Shown in pieces: positions 48,646 to 58,629 of a stretch of 64,000 nt of DNA. This stretch comes from Acidimicrobiia bacterium (GTDB taxonomy: Bacteria > Actinomycetota > Acidimicrobiia > Spongiisociales > UBA5794). The position numbers and the translations under genes are program-made. The notes beneath the pieces are model-generated. The model did not search any database and was not told the DNA's origin. It saw nothing but the letters and a program-made list of their open reading frames with translations. Numbering within the stretch: position 1 is the stretch's first letter; every line of letters begins with the position of its first letter. The DNA lies in contig JASJCF010000005.1 in NCBI GenBank assembly GCA_030066265.1, forward strand, positions 414 through 64,413. Direction: 5' to 3'.

Positions 48646-48750
48646 GCTACCGATCCTCGGAGACCTCGCTCCGCACCACTGTCTTGATGGGCCTCATCGG
48701 GCTCGACGCTATCGACGCCTACGAACGCAGACGGGCGGACGTCGGGCAGG

Positions 48751-49098
48751 TCAGGCCGCCCTGAACACCATCCCGTAGTAGCTGTCGTACGGCTCCCTTC
48801 GCACGACATCCACTTCGCCGACGACGGCCATCCCGATCTCCGGCTCGTCGATTTCGAGTTGACCGAGCATCCGCATCCCGTTCTCGAGCTCCACGATGCC
48901 GATCCCGAGCGTGGCGACCTCGTATTGCGCGGGAAGGTTGTGGACTCGCGTCCAGGTGACGAGTGAGCCGGTCCTCGGAAGCGGCACGGTGTCGAACTCG
49001 AAGAAGTCGTTCTGCTTGCACTCCTTGCAGACCATGCGGAACGGGTAGTGGGACGCCCCACACCGCCGGCACACGTATGCGTAGATGTTGCGATCCAT
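48751..49098 (-). CDS. DUF35 Zn-ribbon/OB-fold protein
   Basis: MDRNIYAYVCRRCGASHYPFRMVCKECK... followed by an OB-fold region. The start shares one nucleotide with the stop of the thiolase-like gene (TGATG). Confidence 0.85.
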   Translation of the reverse strand: MDRNIYAYVCRRCGASHYPFRMVCKECKQNDFFEFDTVPLPRTGSLVTWTRVHNLPAQYEVATLGIGIVELENGMRMLGQLEIDEPEIGMAVVGEVDVVRREPYDSYYGMVFRAA

Positions 49099-50273
49099 CA
49101 CGACTCCCTCACGAAGGTGCAGCACACCACGTTGTTCCCGAATCCGCCGAAGTTGCAGGTGAACCCGACCCGAGCACCTTCCACCTGTCGGGTCCCGCCG
49201 TCACCACGCAGCTGCGTGACGATCTCCCAGGCTTGGGCAACACCGGTCGCTCCCACAGGGTGGCCTCGGCCCTTCAACCCGCCGCCCACGTTGATCGGGA
49301 TGGTCCCCCCAAGGGCGGTCTCACCCTTCTCGAGCGCCAGGTGCCCCTCGCCCCTCGGGAAGAACCCGACCTCTTCGCTCTCGACGATCTCGAGGATGGT
49401 GAAGGCGTCATGGAGCTCTGCAACGTCAACGTCCTGTGGCGTGATGCCTGCCATGGCGAAGGCATCGTTCGCCGCCTTGCGCACGGCGAGCAGATCGGTG
49501 GGTTCGTCGCGCTCGAACACGGCGTGTGTGTCGGTGGCCTGCCCGATGCCGCTGATGCGGACGAGGGGACGGCCCAGCTCACGAGCCTTCTCCTCCGACA
49601 CGAGCACGAGGGCTGCTCCGCCGTCGGAAACCGGGCATGCGTCGAAGAACCGCAGCGGTTCGGCCACGTAGGGGTTGTTCGTCATCGCCTCGGGCGAATC
49701 CAGGATTCCCTCGATGGTGATGGGTTGTTGCAGGTGCGCCCACTCATTTGCGAGCGCAGCGTTCTGGTTCTTCACCGACACCATCGCCAGATGCCGCTCG
49801 GTGACGCCGTATCGCTCCATGTACAACCGCGTGAACATGGCTGCGTGCGCCGGCAGCGTCACCCCGTAGATGTACTCAGCAAGGGGATGGGTGAGGGTCG
49901 CGACGAAGTCGGTGGCCTCGAGGTTGTTGACCTCGCGCATCCGTTCGGCGCCCGCGACGAGCACGACGTCGTCCATGCCGGAGGCCACCGCTTGGAATCC
50001 CGCCTTGATGGCTGCAGCTCCCGATGCCGGACCGTTCTCGATCGCAGCGGCACCGGCCGGCATGAGGCTCAGGCTGTCGACCACGGCGCTGGCGAGCGCA
50101 GTCTGGTGGTTCACTCGCGGCGAGCCCATGTTGGCCACGTAGACCTGGTCGACCTCGGTCACCCCGGCATCTCGAAGGGCCATCATCGATGCGTACGAAG
50201 CGATCTCGACCAGGGGATACTCGAGCCTCGTGAACGTGGTGATGCCGATTCCGGCCACATAGACGTCACGCAT
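49098..50273 (-). CDS. Thiolase-fold (SCP-x/Ltp-type) protein lacking the N-terminal nucleophile Cys
   Basis: MRDVYVAGIGITTF...IENGPASGAAAIKAG...VLVAGAERM...GGGLKGRGHPVGATG...TCNFGGFG. Pro occupies the usual (C)ASG Cys position. SD ggaggggagg precedes the start. Confidence 0.85.
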   Translation of the reverse strand: MRDVYVAGIGITTFTRLEYPLVEIASYASMMALRDAGVTEVDQVYVANMGSPRVNHQTALASAVVDSLSLMPAGAAAIENGPASGAAAIKAGFQAVASGMDDVVLVAGAERMREVNNLEATDFVATLTHPLAEYIYGVTLPAHAAMFTRLYMERYGVTERHLAMVSVKNQNAALANEWAHLQQPITIEGILDSPEAMTNNPYVAEPLRFFDACPVSDGGAALVLVSEEKARELGRPLVRISGIGQATDTHAVFERDEPTDLLAVRKAANDAFAMAGITPQDVDVAELHDAFTILEIVESEEVGFFPRGEGHLALEKGETALGGTIPINVGGGLKGRGHPVGATGVAQAWEIVTQLRGDGGTRQVEGARVGFTCNFGGFGNNVVCCTFVRES

Positions 50274-51024
50274 CGGCCGACCTCCCCTCCATCTCCCAAC
50301 GTTGAGCCATGAGCGATGTCCCCGTCGGGTCGTACATCGATCGCGTCGCCGCAAGCGGATCCAACGGCGGTGTCGGCGGATCCGATGGCGGCAGGATCGC
50401 GTCCATTGCCTTGTCCAGCAGGTCCGCGGGCACGGGGCGACGGCCGACGACGAGCGTGGCGCGAGCAGCGTCGAACAGCTCCCGGGTGAGTGCCCACGAT
50501 GGCACACCGCCGAGCTCGTGGGGAGTGTCGAAGCGCTTCTCGAGCCGATACTCGATCATCCAACGCCGGAACCCGATCGGCGATTCGGCGACGATGAGGA
50601 CCTCATCGTGTCCGAGCGTGTCGATGTGGTACTCCATCTTGGCCGCAAACGCATGGGCACCGACACGCAGGCCCCGACGCAGCGCCAGCGTGTGGAGTGA
50701 CATCCCGAGGTCCGGGGTGACCTGCCTACCGTTGACGATGGCCGCCAGCTCGCCGTCGATCTGGACGGCGAGCACGTACTGGTCCTGATAGCGGTGGCGA
50801 TAGTGCGCCAGCAGCTCGGAGTAGACGCGGGCGGCCACCACGTCGTAGTAGTCGCGCTCGACATGGAGCAAGGGCTCCACGTGTCTCAGCAGGTCCGGGA
50901 TCTCATCACGATCGACCTGCCTCACCACCGCCGCTTCGCCGCTGGCGAGCATCATGTACTTGGGCTCGTACGGCTTCATCGGGGTGTCGACCGGCCGCAG
51001 GATCTTCTCTAGGTCGACGGACAT
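50266..51024 (-). CDS. Hypothetical protein (252 aa), operon member
   Basis: ATG 51024 with SD aaggagaagg. Its end overlaps the thiolase-like start by 8 nt. No family recognised. Confidence 0.6.
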   Translation of the reverse strand: MSVDLEKILRPVDTPMKPYEPKYMMLASGEAAVVRQVDRDEIPDLLRHVEPLLHVERDYYDVVAARVYSELLAHYRHRYQDQYVLAVQIDGELAAIVNGRQVTPDLGMSLHTLALRRGLRVGAHAFAAKMEYHIDTLGHDEVLIVAESPIGFRRWMIEYRLEKRFDTPHELGGVPSWALTRELFDAARATLVVGRRPVPADLLDKAMDAILPPSDPPTPPLDPLAATRSMYDPTGTSLMAQRWEMEGRSADA

Positions 51025-51049
51025 CGGGCTCCTTCTCCTTCGGTGGTCA

Positions 51050-53431
51050 TCAGGTCGGCGACGCGGAAACTGCCTGCGCAACCTTCTCCTGGGTGATCGG
51101 CATGGACGTGATGCGGACGCCGAGCGCATCGAAGACGGCGTTGGCGATCGCCGGAGCGGCGCCGATCATCGTGTGTTCCCCCACGCCTCTGGCGCCGAAC
51201 GGGCCATCCGGCTGGGGAACTTCGATGATGATGGGGATCATCTCGTCGGGGATGTCGAACGCCGTGGGGATCTTGTAGTCGGTGAAGTTCGGGTTCAGCA
51301 GCCGGCCGTCTTCGTCGAAGCGCATGTCCTCGTACAGCACGGTCGCCAGCCCCTGTACGAGACCGCCGGTGATCTGCCCTCTCACGAGGTCCGGGTTGAT
51401 CGCCTTCCCGGCGTCGACGGCGAGCGCCGCCTTGCGCACGAAGATGCGTCCGGTGTGCGTGTCGATCTCGATCACCATGCCGCATGCGCCAACCGTGTAG
51501 TGCACGTTGGGATGGCCGCCCTGACCGGTCTCCGGATCGCTGTTCGCGTTGGTGAACTCGGGCATGAACTTCCCACTGGCGACGATCGGGCCGCCGCGCC
51601 ACGTGCCGTCCTCGGTTTGGATCCCGTCGATCACGAAGTCCCGCAGGGGCTTGGCGAAGTCGGGGTCGGTGGTGCACTTCACCTGCTCGTCGGCCAGATA
51701 CAACGTGTCGTCCTCGTAGCCGTACACCTGGTGGATGACGTCGAAGATCTTCTCGCGCGCCTCCACCGCGGCCCTCTCGACCGCCAGGCCCGAGCTCCAG
51801 GTGACATGCGACGCCACGGTCTGCCACTCGTACGGATTGCGGTCGGTGTCCGGCGTCTCCACGCGGACCTTCTCGACAGGGAGACCGAGCACCTCGGCGG
51901 CGATCTGCGCCATCACGGTGAGGTATCCCTGCCCGAGCTCCATGCCCGAGACGCTGACGTTGACGCTGCCATCCTCGTTGAACTTCAAGAACGATGCCGA
52001 TGAGGCATTCGGCGGCATGGCGGGCGCCTTCCAGAACAGCGCGATGCCCTTTCCGATCACGGTGTTCGGATCGTCGGATTGCTCCTCCACGCCCCAGTCG
52101 ATCGCCGACGCCGTCTCATCGATGGCGGGGAGCAGACCGGACGGATTCATGTGGGCGCCGTAGGACAGCTCGTCGCCCTCGACGATGGCGTTCTTCCGCC
52201 GGAAGTCGACCGGATCCATGCCGATCGCCGCGGCGACCCGATCCAGGTGCGATTCGAGACCGAAATGGAACTCCGAATAGCCAAATCCCCGATAGGGGCC
52301 GCCAGGCGGCAGGTTGGTGTACACGCACAACGAGTCGTTGCGGATGTTCGGCACCCGGTACGGCCCGGTGGCTGAGAGACCCGCTGCATTGACCACGTTG
52401 GCGCCGTACTCGACGTAGGCACCGGCGTCCCAATAGAGCGTGTGCTCGACGGCGGTGATGGTGCCGTCGTTCATCACGCCCACCTTGAGTTCGGCAACCA
52501 CACCCTGGCGCTGGTAGGTGTTGTAGAACTCCTGCTCCCGGGTGAAGCGAAGCTTGACGGGATGCCCCTTCACCGCTGTCGCCATCGCCGCACCGATGAC
52601 CTCCATGGTCACCCCTGCCTTGCCGCCGAAGCCACCGCCCACATAGGGGGTGATCACGCGCACGTCCTTGTGGCTGAAGCCCAGCGGAGCGAGCGCCTCG
52701 GCGAAGAGGTGGCGCTGGGTGTGCGGCGATTGCGATGCCGTCCACACGGTCAGCCGGCCTGCGTGATCGAGCTTGCCGACGGTGACGTGCGGCTCGATGG
52801 CGCAGTGGGCGTACCGCGGAACCCGGTAGGTGTCGGCCAGCACGTAGTCGGCTTCGGCGAAGGCGCGCTCGGTGTCGCCCTTGCGGATCTTGCGCCAGTG
52901 AGCGATGTTCGTGCCGGCCTTGGGGAAGAACCAGGGCACATGGCTGTATTCGCCGAGATCCGGATGGATCAGTGGAGCTCCGTCGGCCACTGCCTCCTTC
53001 GGGTCGAGGAGCGCCTCGAGGACCTCGTACTCGACCTCGACCAGCTTGGCGGCCTGCACTGCCTGGCGATGGGTCCTGGCGATGACGCCTGCGACCTGCT
53101 CACCGACGAAGCGGACATGGCCCTGGGCGAAGATGTACCGGTCCCCCATGTACATACCGAAGTTGTACGGGAAGTCCTGGCCGGTGACGACCTTGACGAC
53201 ACCGGGAGCGTCCTCGGCTTTCGAGGTGTCGATGGAGACGATGCGTGCGTAGGCGTGAGGGCTCTCGACGACCGCACCGTGGAGCAGGCCCGGACCGAAG
53301 TCGAGGTCGTCGACGAACTGGGCGGCGCCACTGATCTTGTCGATCCCATCGATGCGCACGGCGGACGTTCCCACGGCATTGAGCTCGCCGTTGCGTTCGG
53401 CCTCCGCCTCGAACGGGTGGGTGGTCGTCAT
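51050..53431 (-). CDS. Molybdopterin-binding large subunit of a xanthine-dehydrogenase-family hydroxylase
   Basis: VGTSAVRIDGIDKISGAAQFVDDL...GGGFGGK... in 793 aa. ATGA overlap with the 2Fe-2S subunit gene. No CODH-type AYRCSFR motif was seen. Confidence 0.9.
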   Translation of the reverse strand: MTTTHPFEAEAERNGELNAVGTSAVRIDGIDKISGAAQFVDDLDFGPGLLHGAVVESPHAYARIVSIDTSKAEDAPGVVKVVTGQDFPYNFGMYMGDRYIFAQGHVRFVGEQVAGVIARTHRQAVQAAKLVEVEYEVLEALLDPKEAVADGAPLIHPDLGEYSHVPWFFPKAGTNIAHWRKIRKGDTERAFAEADYVLADTYRVPRYAHCAIEPHVTVGKLDHAGRLTVWTASQSPHTQRHLFAEALAPLGFSHKDVRVITPYVGGGFGGKAGVTMEVIGAAMATAVKGHPVKLRFTREQEFYNTYQRQGVVAELKVGVMNDGTITAVEHTLYWDAGAYVEYGANVVNAAGLSATGPYRVPNIRNDSLCVYTNLPPGGPYRGFGYSEFHFGLESHLDRVAAAIGMDPVDFRRKNAIVEGDELSYGAHMNPSGLLPAIDETASAIDWGVEEQSDDPNTVIGKGIALFWKAPAMPPNASSASFLKFNEDGSVNVSVSGMELGQGYLTVMAQIAAEVLGLPVEKVRVETPDTDRNPYEWQTVASHVTWSSGLAVERAAVEAREKIFDVIHQVYGYEDDTLYLADEQVKCTTDPDFAKPLRDFVIDGIQTEDGTWRGGPIVASGKFMPEFTNANSDPETGQGGHPNVHYTVGACGMVIEIDTHTGRIFVRKAALAVDAGKAINPDLVRGQITGGLVQGLATVLYEDMRFDEDGRLLNPNFTDYKIPTAFDIPDEMIPIIIEVPQPDGPFGARGVGEHTMIGAAPAIANAVFDALGVRITSMPITQEKVAQAVSASPT

Positions 53432-53898
53432 GGCGTCACCTCGCCGGAGCGCTGTCCCACCGCCAGCACGGCATCGATGATGGGCTCGTATCCCGTGCAG
53501 CGGCACAGGTTCCCGGACAGGGCTTCCTGGACATCGTGGCGGTCCGGGTTCGGGTTCTCGTCGAGGAGCTCCGTGGCGGACAGCACGATGCCCGGGGCAC
53601 AGAATCCACATTGGAAGGAGTTCAGGGTGATGAAGAGCTCCTGCAGGTCGCTCAGCCGGTCAGCACCGATTCCCTCGACCGTCGTGACTTCGTGGCCCTC
53701 GACCTCCACGGCCAAGACGAGACAGCTCCGCACGGTGCGTCTGTCGAGCAACACGGTGCATGAGCCGCAATCGCCCCGTTCGCAACCGATCTTCGGGCTC
53801 TTGACACCGATCTGCTCGCGAAGGACGTCGAGCAGGACATCTGCCGGCGCCACATCGAGATCCCACGACTCGCCGTTGACGGTGATCGTCACCTGCAT
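53428..53898 (-). CDS. [2Fe-2S]-binding small subunit of the Mo hydroxylase
   Basis: GCERGDCGSCTVLLD...FQCGFCAPG...NLCRCTGY. Confidence 0.9.
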   Translation of the reverse strand: MQVTITVNGESWDLDVAPADVLLDVLREQIGVKSPKIGCERGDCGSCTVLLDRRTVRSCLVLAVEVEGHEVTTVEGIGADRLSDLQELFITLNSFQCGFCAPGIVLSATELLDENPNPDRHDVQEALSGNLCRCTGYEPIIDAVLAVGQRSGEVTP

Positions 53899-53909
53899 CG
53901 TTCCTCCCT

Positions 53910-54794
53910 TCAGATCAGTCGAGTTCGATACTCGGGCCCGTCACCGTTCCTCCGCTGATCGGCTGCCACCAGCCCACGGGCGAGCATGACCTCGCACATG
54001 TGGGCCCGGTACTCCGCTGTCGCCCGCAAGTCGTTGATGGGACTGATCTCGCTCCGAACCATGGCCACTGCCTCGGCGATCACGTCTTCGGTGGGCGCTC
54101 TGCCCCGGATGGCGTCCTCGACTGCGTGGGCACGAACGGGGGTGGGCGCCACGGCACCGAAGGCGATCCGGTAGTCGTGGGCGTCGTCGACGACGATGGC
54201 GACCGCCGCCTGGGCGAGGTCCTCGCCTCCGTATCGCATGAGCTTGACGTAGCACCCCCCGTGTGTGGGCAGCTCCATGGTGAGGTGCGTGACGATCTCG
54301 TCCTCTCGCCTCGCCGTCTGTCGGAGGCCGACGAACCACGCTTCGATCGGCACCGAGCGGAACCCCTCGGGTCCCACGAGATGCACGTGCGCGTCGTAGG
54401 CCAACAGCACGGGACCGGCGTCGCACGAGGGCACAGCCGAGCAGATGTTGCCGACCACCGTCGCTCGATTGCGGATGCCGGGGGAAGCAACCGTCTCCGC
54501 CGCCTCGGACAGGAGCGGCGCATGCTCTGCGACGACGGACGACTCCATCAGGTCCGTGAATGTCACGAGGGATCCGACCGTCATCGTCCGGTCCGCAACA
54601 GCGAGGTCGCGAAGGCCGTCGATCGCCTTGATGTCGACAACGAGATCAGGGTGCACGGCATCGTCCCTCAGCCAAGCAACCAGGTCCGTCCCCCCAGCGA
54701 GCACCTGAGCGGAGCCGGAACAGTCCGCCAGGGCCCGGGTTGCCTCTTCGAGCGTGTTCGGCCTCACGTACTCGAAGTCGTGCGGGATCACCAC
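53910..54794 (-). CDS. FAD-binding medium subunit of the Mo hydroxylase
   Basis: FEYVRPNTLEEA...VLAGGTDLV... (CoxM/XdhB-like). GTG start with SD GAGGAGG. Confidence 0.85.
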   Translation of the reverse strand: MVIPHDFEYVRPNTLEEATRALADCSGSAQVLAGGTDLVAWLRDDAVHPDLVVDIKAIDGLRDLAVADRTMTVGSLVTFTDLMESSVVAEHAPLLSEAAETVASPGIRNRATVVGNICSAVPSCDAGPVLLAYDAHVHLVGPEGFRSVPIEAWFVGLRQTARREDEIVTHLTMELPTHGGCYVKLMRYGGEDLAQAAVAIVVDDAHDYRIAFGAVAPTPVRAHAVEDAIRGRAPTEDVIAEAVAMVRSEISPINDLRATAEYRAHMCEVMLARGLVAADQRRNGDGPEYRTRLI

Positions 54795-54887
54795 GGTGCC
54801 CTCCTCTCAGACCACCCAACAGGGGACCACCCAACAGTACGTGACCGGCCACCCGACGGCGATGACATCCGGGTATCGGCCATGCCG

Positions 54888-56294
54888 CTACCGCACCGCC
54901 TCGGCGAGCGCCTCGATGCCATCGACGAACACCTCCATCGGCGCCTCGACCAGACCGGCACCGACCATGCCGGTGCCCGGGATCCGCCCGGCGATCCCCG
55001 TGTTGATCTGAGGCTGAATGCCCGTGCGTACCACGAGGCCGGCATCGATGCCGACAGGGGTGCCGCGGAACTCGAGCATCGGGATCTGATAGGCCGGGTG
55101 CTCGGCCAGCGTGATCTCGTACATCTGCAGGGTTCGCCGCACGGCACCCGTGGCGGTCCCGCCGACGAAGCCCACGATGGCTGGCGCAGCAGCCATGGCG
55201 AAACCCCCGAGGCCGACGGTCTCGGTGATGGTGGAATCACCGATGTCGGGGCTTGCGTCATCGGCGCTGAATCCTCCGAGATAAAGGCCTTCGACACGTG
55301 GTGCCGGCGCGGTGAACCAGCGGTTGCCGGTTCCCGAGAGGCGGATCCCGAACTCCGTGCCGTTGCGCGCCATGACGGTGACGAGGCTCGAGGCGTCGAC
55401 ACCGGAGGCGGCGTCGGAGCCGAGCTTGCCGGCCGCCATGACGAGATTCAGCATGAAGTGATCGTTGCCATCGATGAAGTCGAATACCGCCCTTCGCTGG
55501 TCCGAGGGGGAATCGACGCCGTCGATCAGCGCCGATCCGATCTGGCGCAGGAAGAGGGAGGTGACGGCGCGGTTCCGGTTGTGTCCGTCGTCGCCCATCT
55601 GCAACGCTTGGGCGATCAGGGATTGGAGATCCACCGGTCCGCGGGTGCGCAGGACCGCGCCGAGCACCGGTCCCAGCACCGAGTCCATCCAACGCAGACG
55701 ATCGATGACCTCTGGGGCGAACGCGCCGTACCGCAGTACCTTGCCGAGCCCTTCGTTGAGGGTGGAGTACGCGACACCGTCGCCTGCATCGTCGTGGACG
55801 ACCGCAACCGGCATCGATGGCGAGATGACCCCGGCCATCGGGCCGACCGCGCTGTGGTGATGGCATGGCGAGAGTTCGATGTCACCGCGCGCCGCCAACG
55901 TCTCGGCTTGCTCCGGGCTCTCGGCAAGACCCTCGTAGAGCATGGCACCGATCAGCGCGCCCCGGAGCGGGCCACTCGCGTCGGCCCACTCCACCGGCGG
56001 CCCGGCATGCAGGAACGTTCGCTCGGCCATATCCGGCAGACACTCGCCTGCGGTGCCGATATCGACGAGCATCGGGCGAACGCCGAGCATGCGATCCACC
56101 GCGAGGCGGTTCGCTGCGAATGTCTTCCCGGCTGCCGCAAGAGTGGGGAGCGACGCCGCCGAGCCCGACACCGGCGGTCTCCAGTCGACGCGATACACCG
56201 TGGCACCCTGTTCCTCGACAGCAGCTGCGAGCAGGTCGGCCCCGGCTGCCACCACCGTGGGTTCGGAGTCGAGCAAACGGTCGAGCGATGTCAT
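54888..56294 (-). CDS. DUF1116 protein (E. coli YlbE/AllG-like)
   Basis: ...FLHAGPP...LSPCHHHSAVGPMAGVISPSMPV...NEGLGKVLRYG... . The start shares one nucleotide with the fdrA-like stop. Confidence 0.8.
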   Translation of the reverse strand: MTSLDRLLDSEPTVVAAGADLLAAAVEEQGATVYRVDWRPPVSGSAASLPTLAAAGKTFAANRLAVDRMLGVRPMLVDIGTAGECLPDMAERTFLHAGPPVEWADASGPLRGALIGAMLYEGLAESPEQAETLAARGDIELSPCHHHSAVGPMAGVISPSMPVAVVHDDAGDGVAYSTLNEGLGKVLRYGAFAPEVIDRLRWMDSVLGPVLGAVLRTRGPVDLQSLIAQALQMGDDGHNRNRAVTSLFLRQIGSALIDGVDSPSDQRRAVFDFIDGNDHFMLNLVMAAGKLGSDAASGVDASSLVTVMARNGTEFGIRLSGTGNRWFTAPAPRVEGLYLGGFSADDASPDIGDSTITETVGLGGFAMAAAPAIVGFVGGTATGAVRRTLQMYEITLAEHPAYQIPMLEFRGTPVGIDAGLVVRTGIQPQINTGIAGRIPGTGMVGAGLVEAPMEVFVDGIEALAEAVR

Positions 56295-57721
56295 CAGCGT
56301 TCCTCCATTCGCGCAGCGAGCCCGGCGGCGTGGCGAGCTGCTGCCGCGTTCGACACGTAGACAGCCGCTCCGGCGCTGTTGAGCGTCGCCGCCTGCCGTG
56401 CGAGCCCCTGGGGGTCACCCTTCGTCCCACACAGGGAGGCGATGACGGCGACGCCCGCATCGACGACCTGCTCGATCGCGGGCGCCAACTCGCCAGCCGG
56501 ATCGGGATTGGCACCGTGCCCCAGCACCACATCCAGAAGAGCGATTCCCACGGTCTCGTCACGTGCGGCTTCCGCCAGACGATCGAGGCGCACCGTCTGG
56601 TCGATCATGGGATGGGCGCGGCCTCTGGTGTAGCGGTCGTCCCCGTAGTCGACGAAGACGTGTCCCGACGACCCTTCGCTCGTGCCCACGGTTGCGCCGA
56701 GGGCGCGTTCCACGACGAACCGGGCATCGTCGCGCAAGGTTCCGCCCGAGAACAGGCCGCGAATGGTGCCCGGTCGACGATCGGACCGGGACGCGGGCCA
56801 CGCCGAATACGCTCGGGGCTCGCGGCCCAGCACTGCCAGAACCTCACCGGACCCGTCCTCGAGCGTCGTGTCGCCCATGAAGACGACGACCACCGGCGTG
56901 TCGCAGGCAGCTGCGGCGTCCCGCACCTCGGCGGCAACCGCCTCTGCCGGAGGTTTGGAGATCACCACGATCACGTCCGTTGCCGGATCCGCATCGAGGG
57001 CATGCATTGCTTGTTTCGTCGAACGTCCCCCGACCTCGCCGGAGAGATCCCGGCTCCCCGTGCCGATGGCATGACGGACACCGACACCGGCGTCGTCGAG
57101 GAGGCAGCACAACTGCTGGATGCCCGTGCCGGACGCACCAACCATGCTGACGGGGCCCGGCAGCACCGCATTCGCAAAGCCGAGGCCCACGCCGTTGATG
57201 ATCGTCGTGCCACAGTCGGGCCCCATGACGAGCAACCCGCGTTGGGCAGCTCTCTTCTTGAGCGCCATCTCATGCTCGATGGAGACGTTGTCGCTGAAGA
57301 CCATCACGTGCAGGCCGAGTTCCAAGGCCTCAGCGGCCTCTGCGTAGGCATGCTCGCCTGGCATCGAGATCAAGGCGACGTCGGCATCCCGAGCGGCATG
57401 ACCGATGGTCCTGGGGTCCGGAGCGTCCCAGCCACCCTCGGGAGACGGGCGCGCTACGAGCGCCTGTGCCAGGACCTCGCGTGCGACCTCGAGCGCAGCC
57501 TCGTCCTCGGCTCGGATCGCAACCAGGAGATCGTCGGCGCCCCAGTCGTCCGCTTCGGCGGTGTCGAACCCCATGTCGGCCAGGAGATCGAGATTCAGCT
57601 CGGTTGCCATGGCGACCAGTGCGGCGTGAACGCCTGCGACGTCGCCGACGGCCCGGCTGGCCTGCATCAATCGCACGGAGTCGTGGTAGCGGCCCCGATG
57701 TATCTGGATGCTGCTGATCAT
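56294..57721 (-). CDS. FdrA-like (succinyl-CoA-synthetase-alpha-like) protein
   Basis: IHRGRYHDSVRLMQ...LISMPGEHA...VMVFSDNV...GPDCGTTIING...GASGTG. ATGA overlap with the DUF2877 gene. Confidence 0.8.
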   Translation of the reverse strand: MISSIQIHRGRYHDSVRLMQASRAVGDVAGVHAALVAMATELNLDLLADMGFDTAEADDWGADDLLVAIRAEDEAALEVAREVLAQALVARPSPEGGWDAPDPRTIGHAARDADVALISMPGEHAYAEAAEALELGLHVMVFSDNVSIEHEMALKKRAAQRGLLVMGPDCGTTIINGVGLGFANAVLPGPVSMVGASGTGIQQLCCLLDDAGVGVRHAIGTGSRDLSGEVGGRSTKQAMHALDADPATDVIVVISKPPAEAVAAEVRDAAAACDTPVVVVFMGDTTLEDGSGEVLAVLGREPRAYSAWPASRSDRRPGTIRGLFSGGTLRDDARFVVERALGATVGTSEGSSGHVFVDYGDDRYTRGRAHPMIDQTVRLDRLAEAARDETVGIALLDVVLGHGANPDPAGELAPAIEQVVDAGVAVIASLCGTKGDPQGLARQAATLNSAGAAVYVSNAAAARHAAGLAARMEER

Positions 57722-58629
57722 CGGTGCACTCCTCCTGTGCGGCGGGAGACACGCTCGACGACGGTGCGGAGGCCGAGCACCATGCCTGCTGCCAACGCAG
57801 GCCCGGAGGAATGCCCGATGTCGGTCACCGAGCGGTGCGTCGCTTCCACATCGCCGCGTCCGCACACGGCGCGCAGGAACGCTCCCGCTGGTGCGGCGAC
57901 TTCGCCGCGAACGGCATGCCCGAGCAGCGAGGCCGACAGTGAAGTCGTCCTACGCGAGGCGATCGCACTGAGCGGCGCTGCGATCGAACCGAGGAGCGGT
58001 GCGGCCTCCAGGTCGCCGGTGGCGGGGCCGACGATCCGCACCGATGCCAGCATGCCTGCCACGTAGTCGTCGGCTTCGGGTGTGAGGCCGCTGCCTCGTC
58101 CGAGGATGCGATCCGCCGCCGCCACGACCGCATCAGCTCGCCCGGCCTCGATGGCCGAGGCGACCTCACAGCCAGTGACGCCCTCGATGGAATCCGGGAG
58201 AGCCTCGATGCGCTCGGCGACCTCGGCGGCGGCTGGCGTACCCACGCTCGGCGATGGATCCCACCATCGGGTCACAGCGACCGGCATCCGGGCATCGAGC
58301 GTGCCCTGACCCACCGTCACCAACGAGCCTGGAGGCAGCAACACACCCACCTCGGTTCGCAACCTCGGCGGGATGATCTCGATGCCATTGGGAAGCCGGG
58401 GACCGCCCCTGTCGGTGATCACCATGACGCCGTCTGACGTCTCCACCCATGCCGTGTGGCCGGAGCCGCCGAGAACGCATCCCTCTCGCTTCGACCCGGT
58501 GATGATCGCACGGATCCCGAGGCTGGCGACAGCGCGGATCGCCGACCGTGGAGGCCGCATTGTTGTGCCGACCCCGGGCGCGGTCACGAAATCAGCCCAG
58601 ATCGACGATCGCAGCGACGGGACCACCAC
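57718..58629 (-). CDS. DUF2877 protein (E. coli YlbF/AllH-like)
   Basis: ...[19 protein letters not shown]...[12 protein letters not shown]. The start is either GTG 58629 (overlapping the upstream gene by 38 nt) or ATG 58560. Confidence 0.7.
   Translation of the reverse strand: MVVPSLRSSIWADFVTAPGVGTTMRPPRSAIRAVASLGIRAIITGSKREGCVLGGSGHTAWVETSDGVMVITDRGGPRLPNGIEIIPPRLRTEVGVLLPPGSLVTVGQGTLDARMPVAVTRWWDPSPSVGTPAAAEVAERIEALPDSIEGVTGCEVASAIEAGRADAVVAAADRILGRGSGLTPEADDYVAGMLASVRIVGPATGDLEAAPLLGSIAAPLSAIASRRTTSLSASLLGHAVRGEVAAPAGAFLRAVCGRGDVEATHRSVTDIGHSSGPALAAGMVLGLRTVVERVSRRTGGVHR

Noticed and set aside
54000-58066. Very long plus-strand ORFs (54000..56360, 786 aa; 55865..58066, 733 aa) opposite the DUF1116/FdrA/DUF2877 genes
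   Set aside because: They are R/G/H/D/P-rich low-complexity translations with no recognisable motifs. They lie exactly antisense to genes that have clear family signatures and coupled starts and stops. These are typical shadow ORFs of high-GC DNA.
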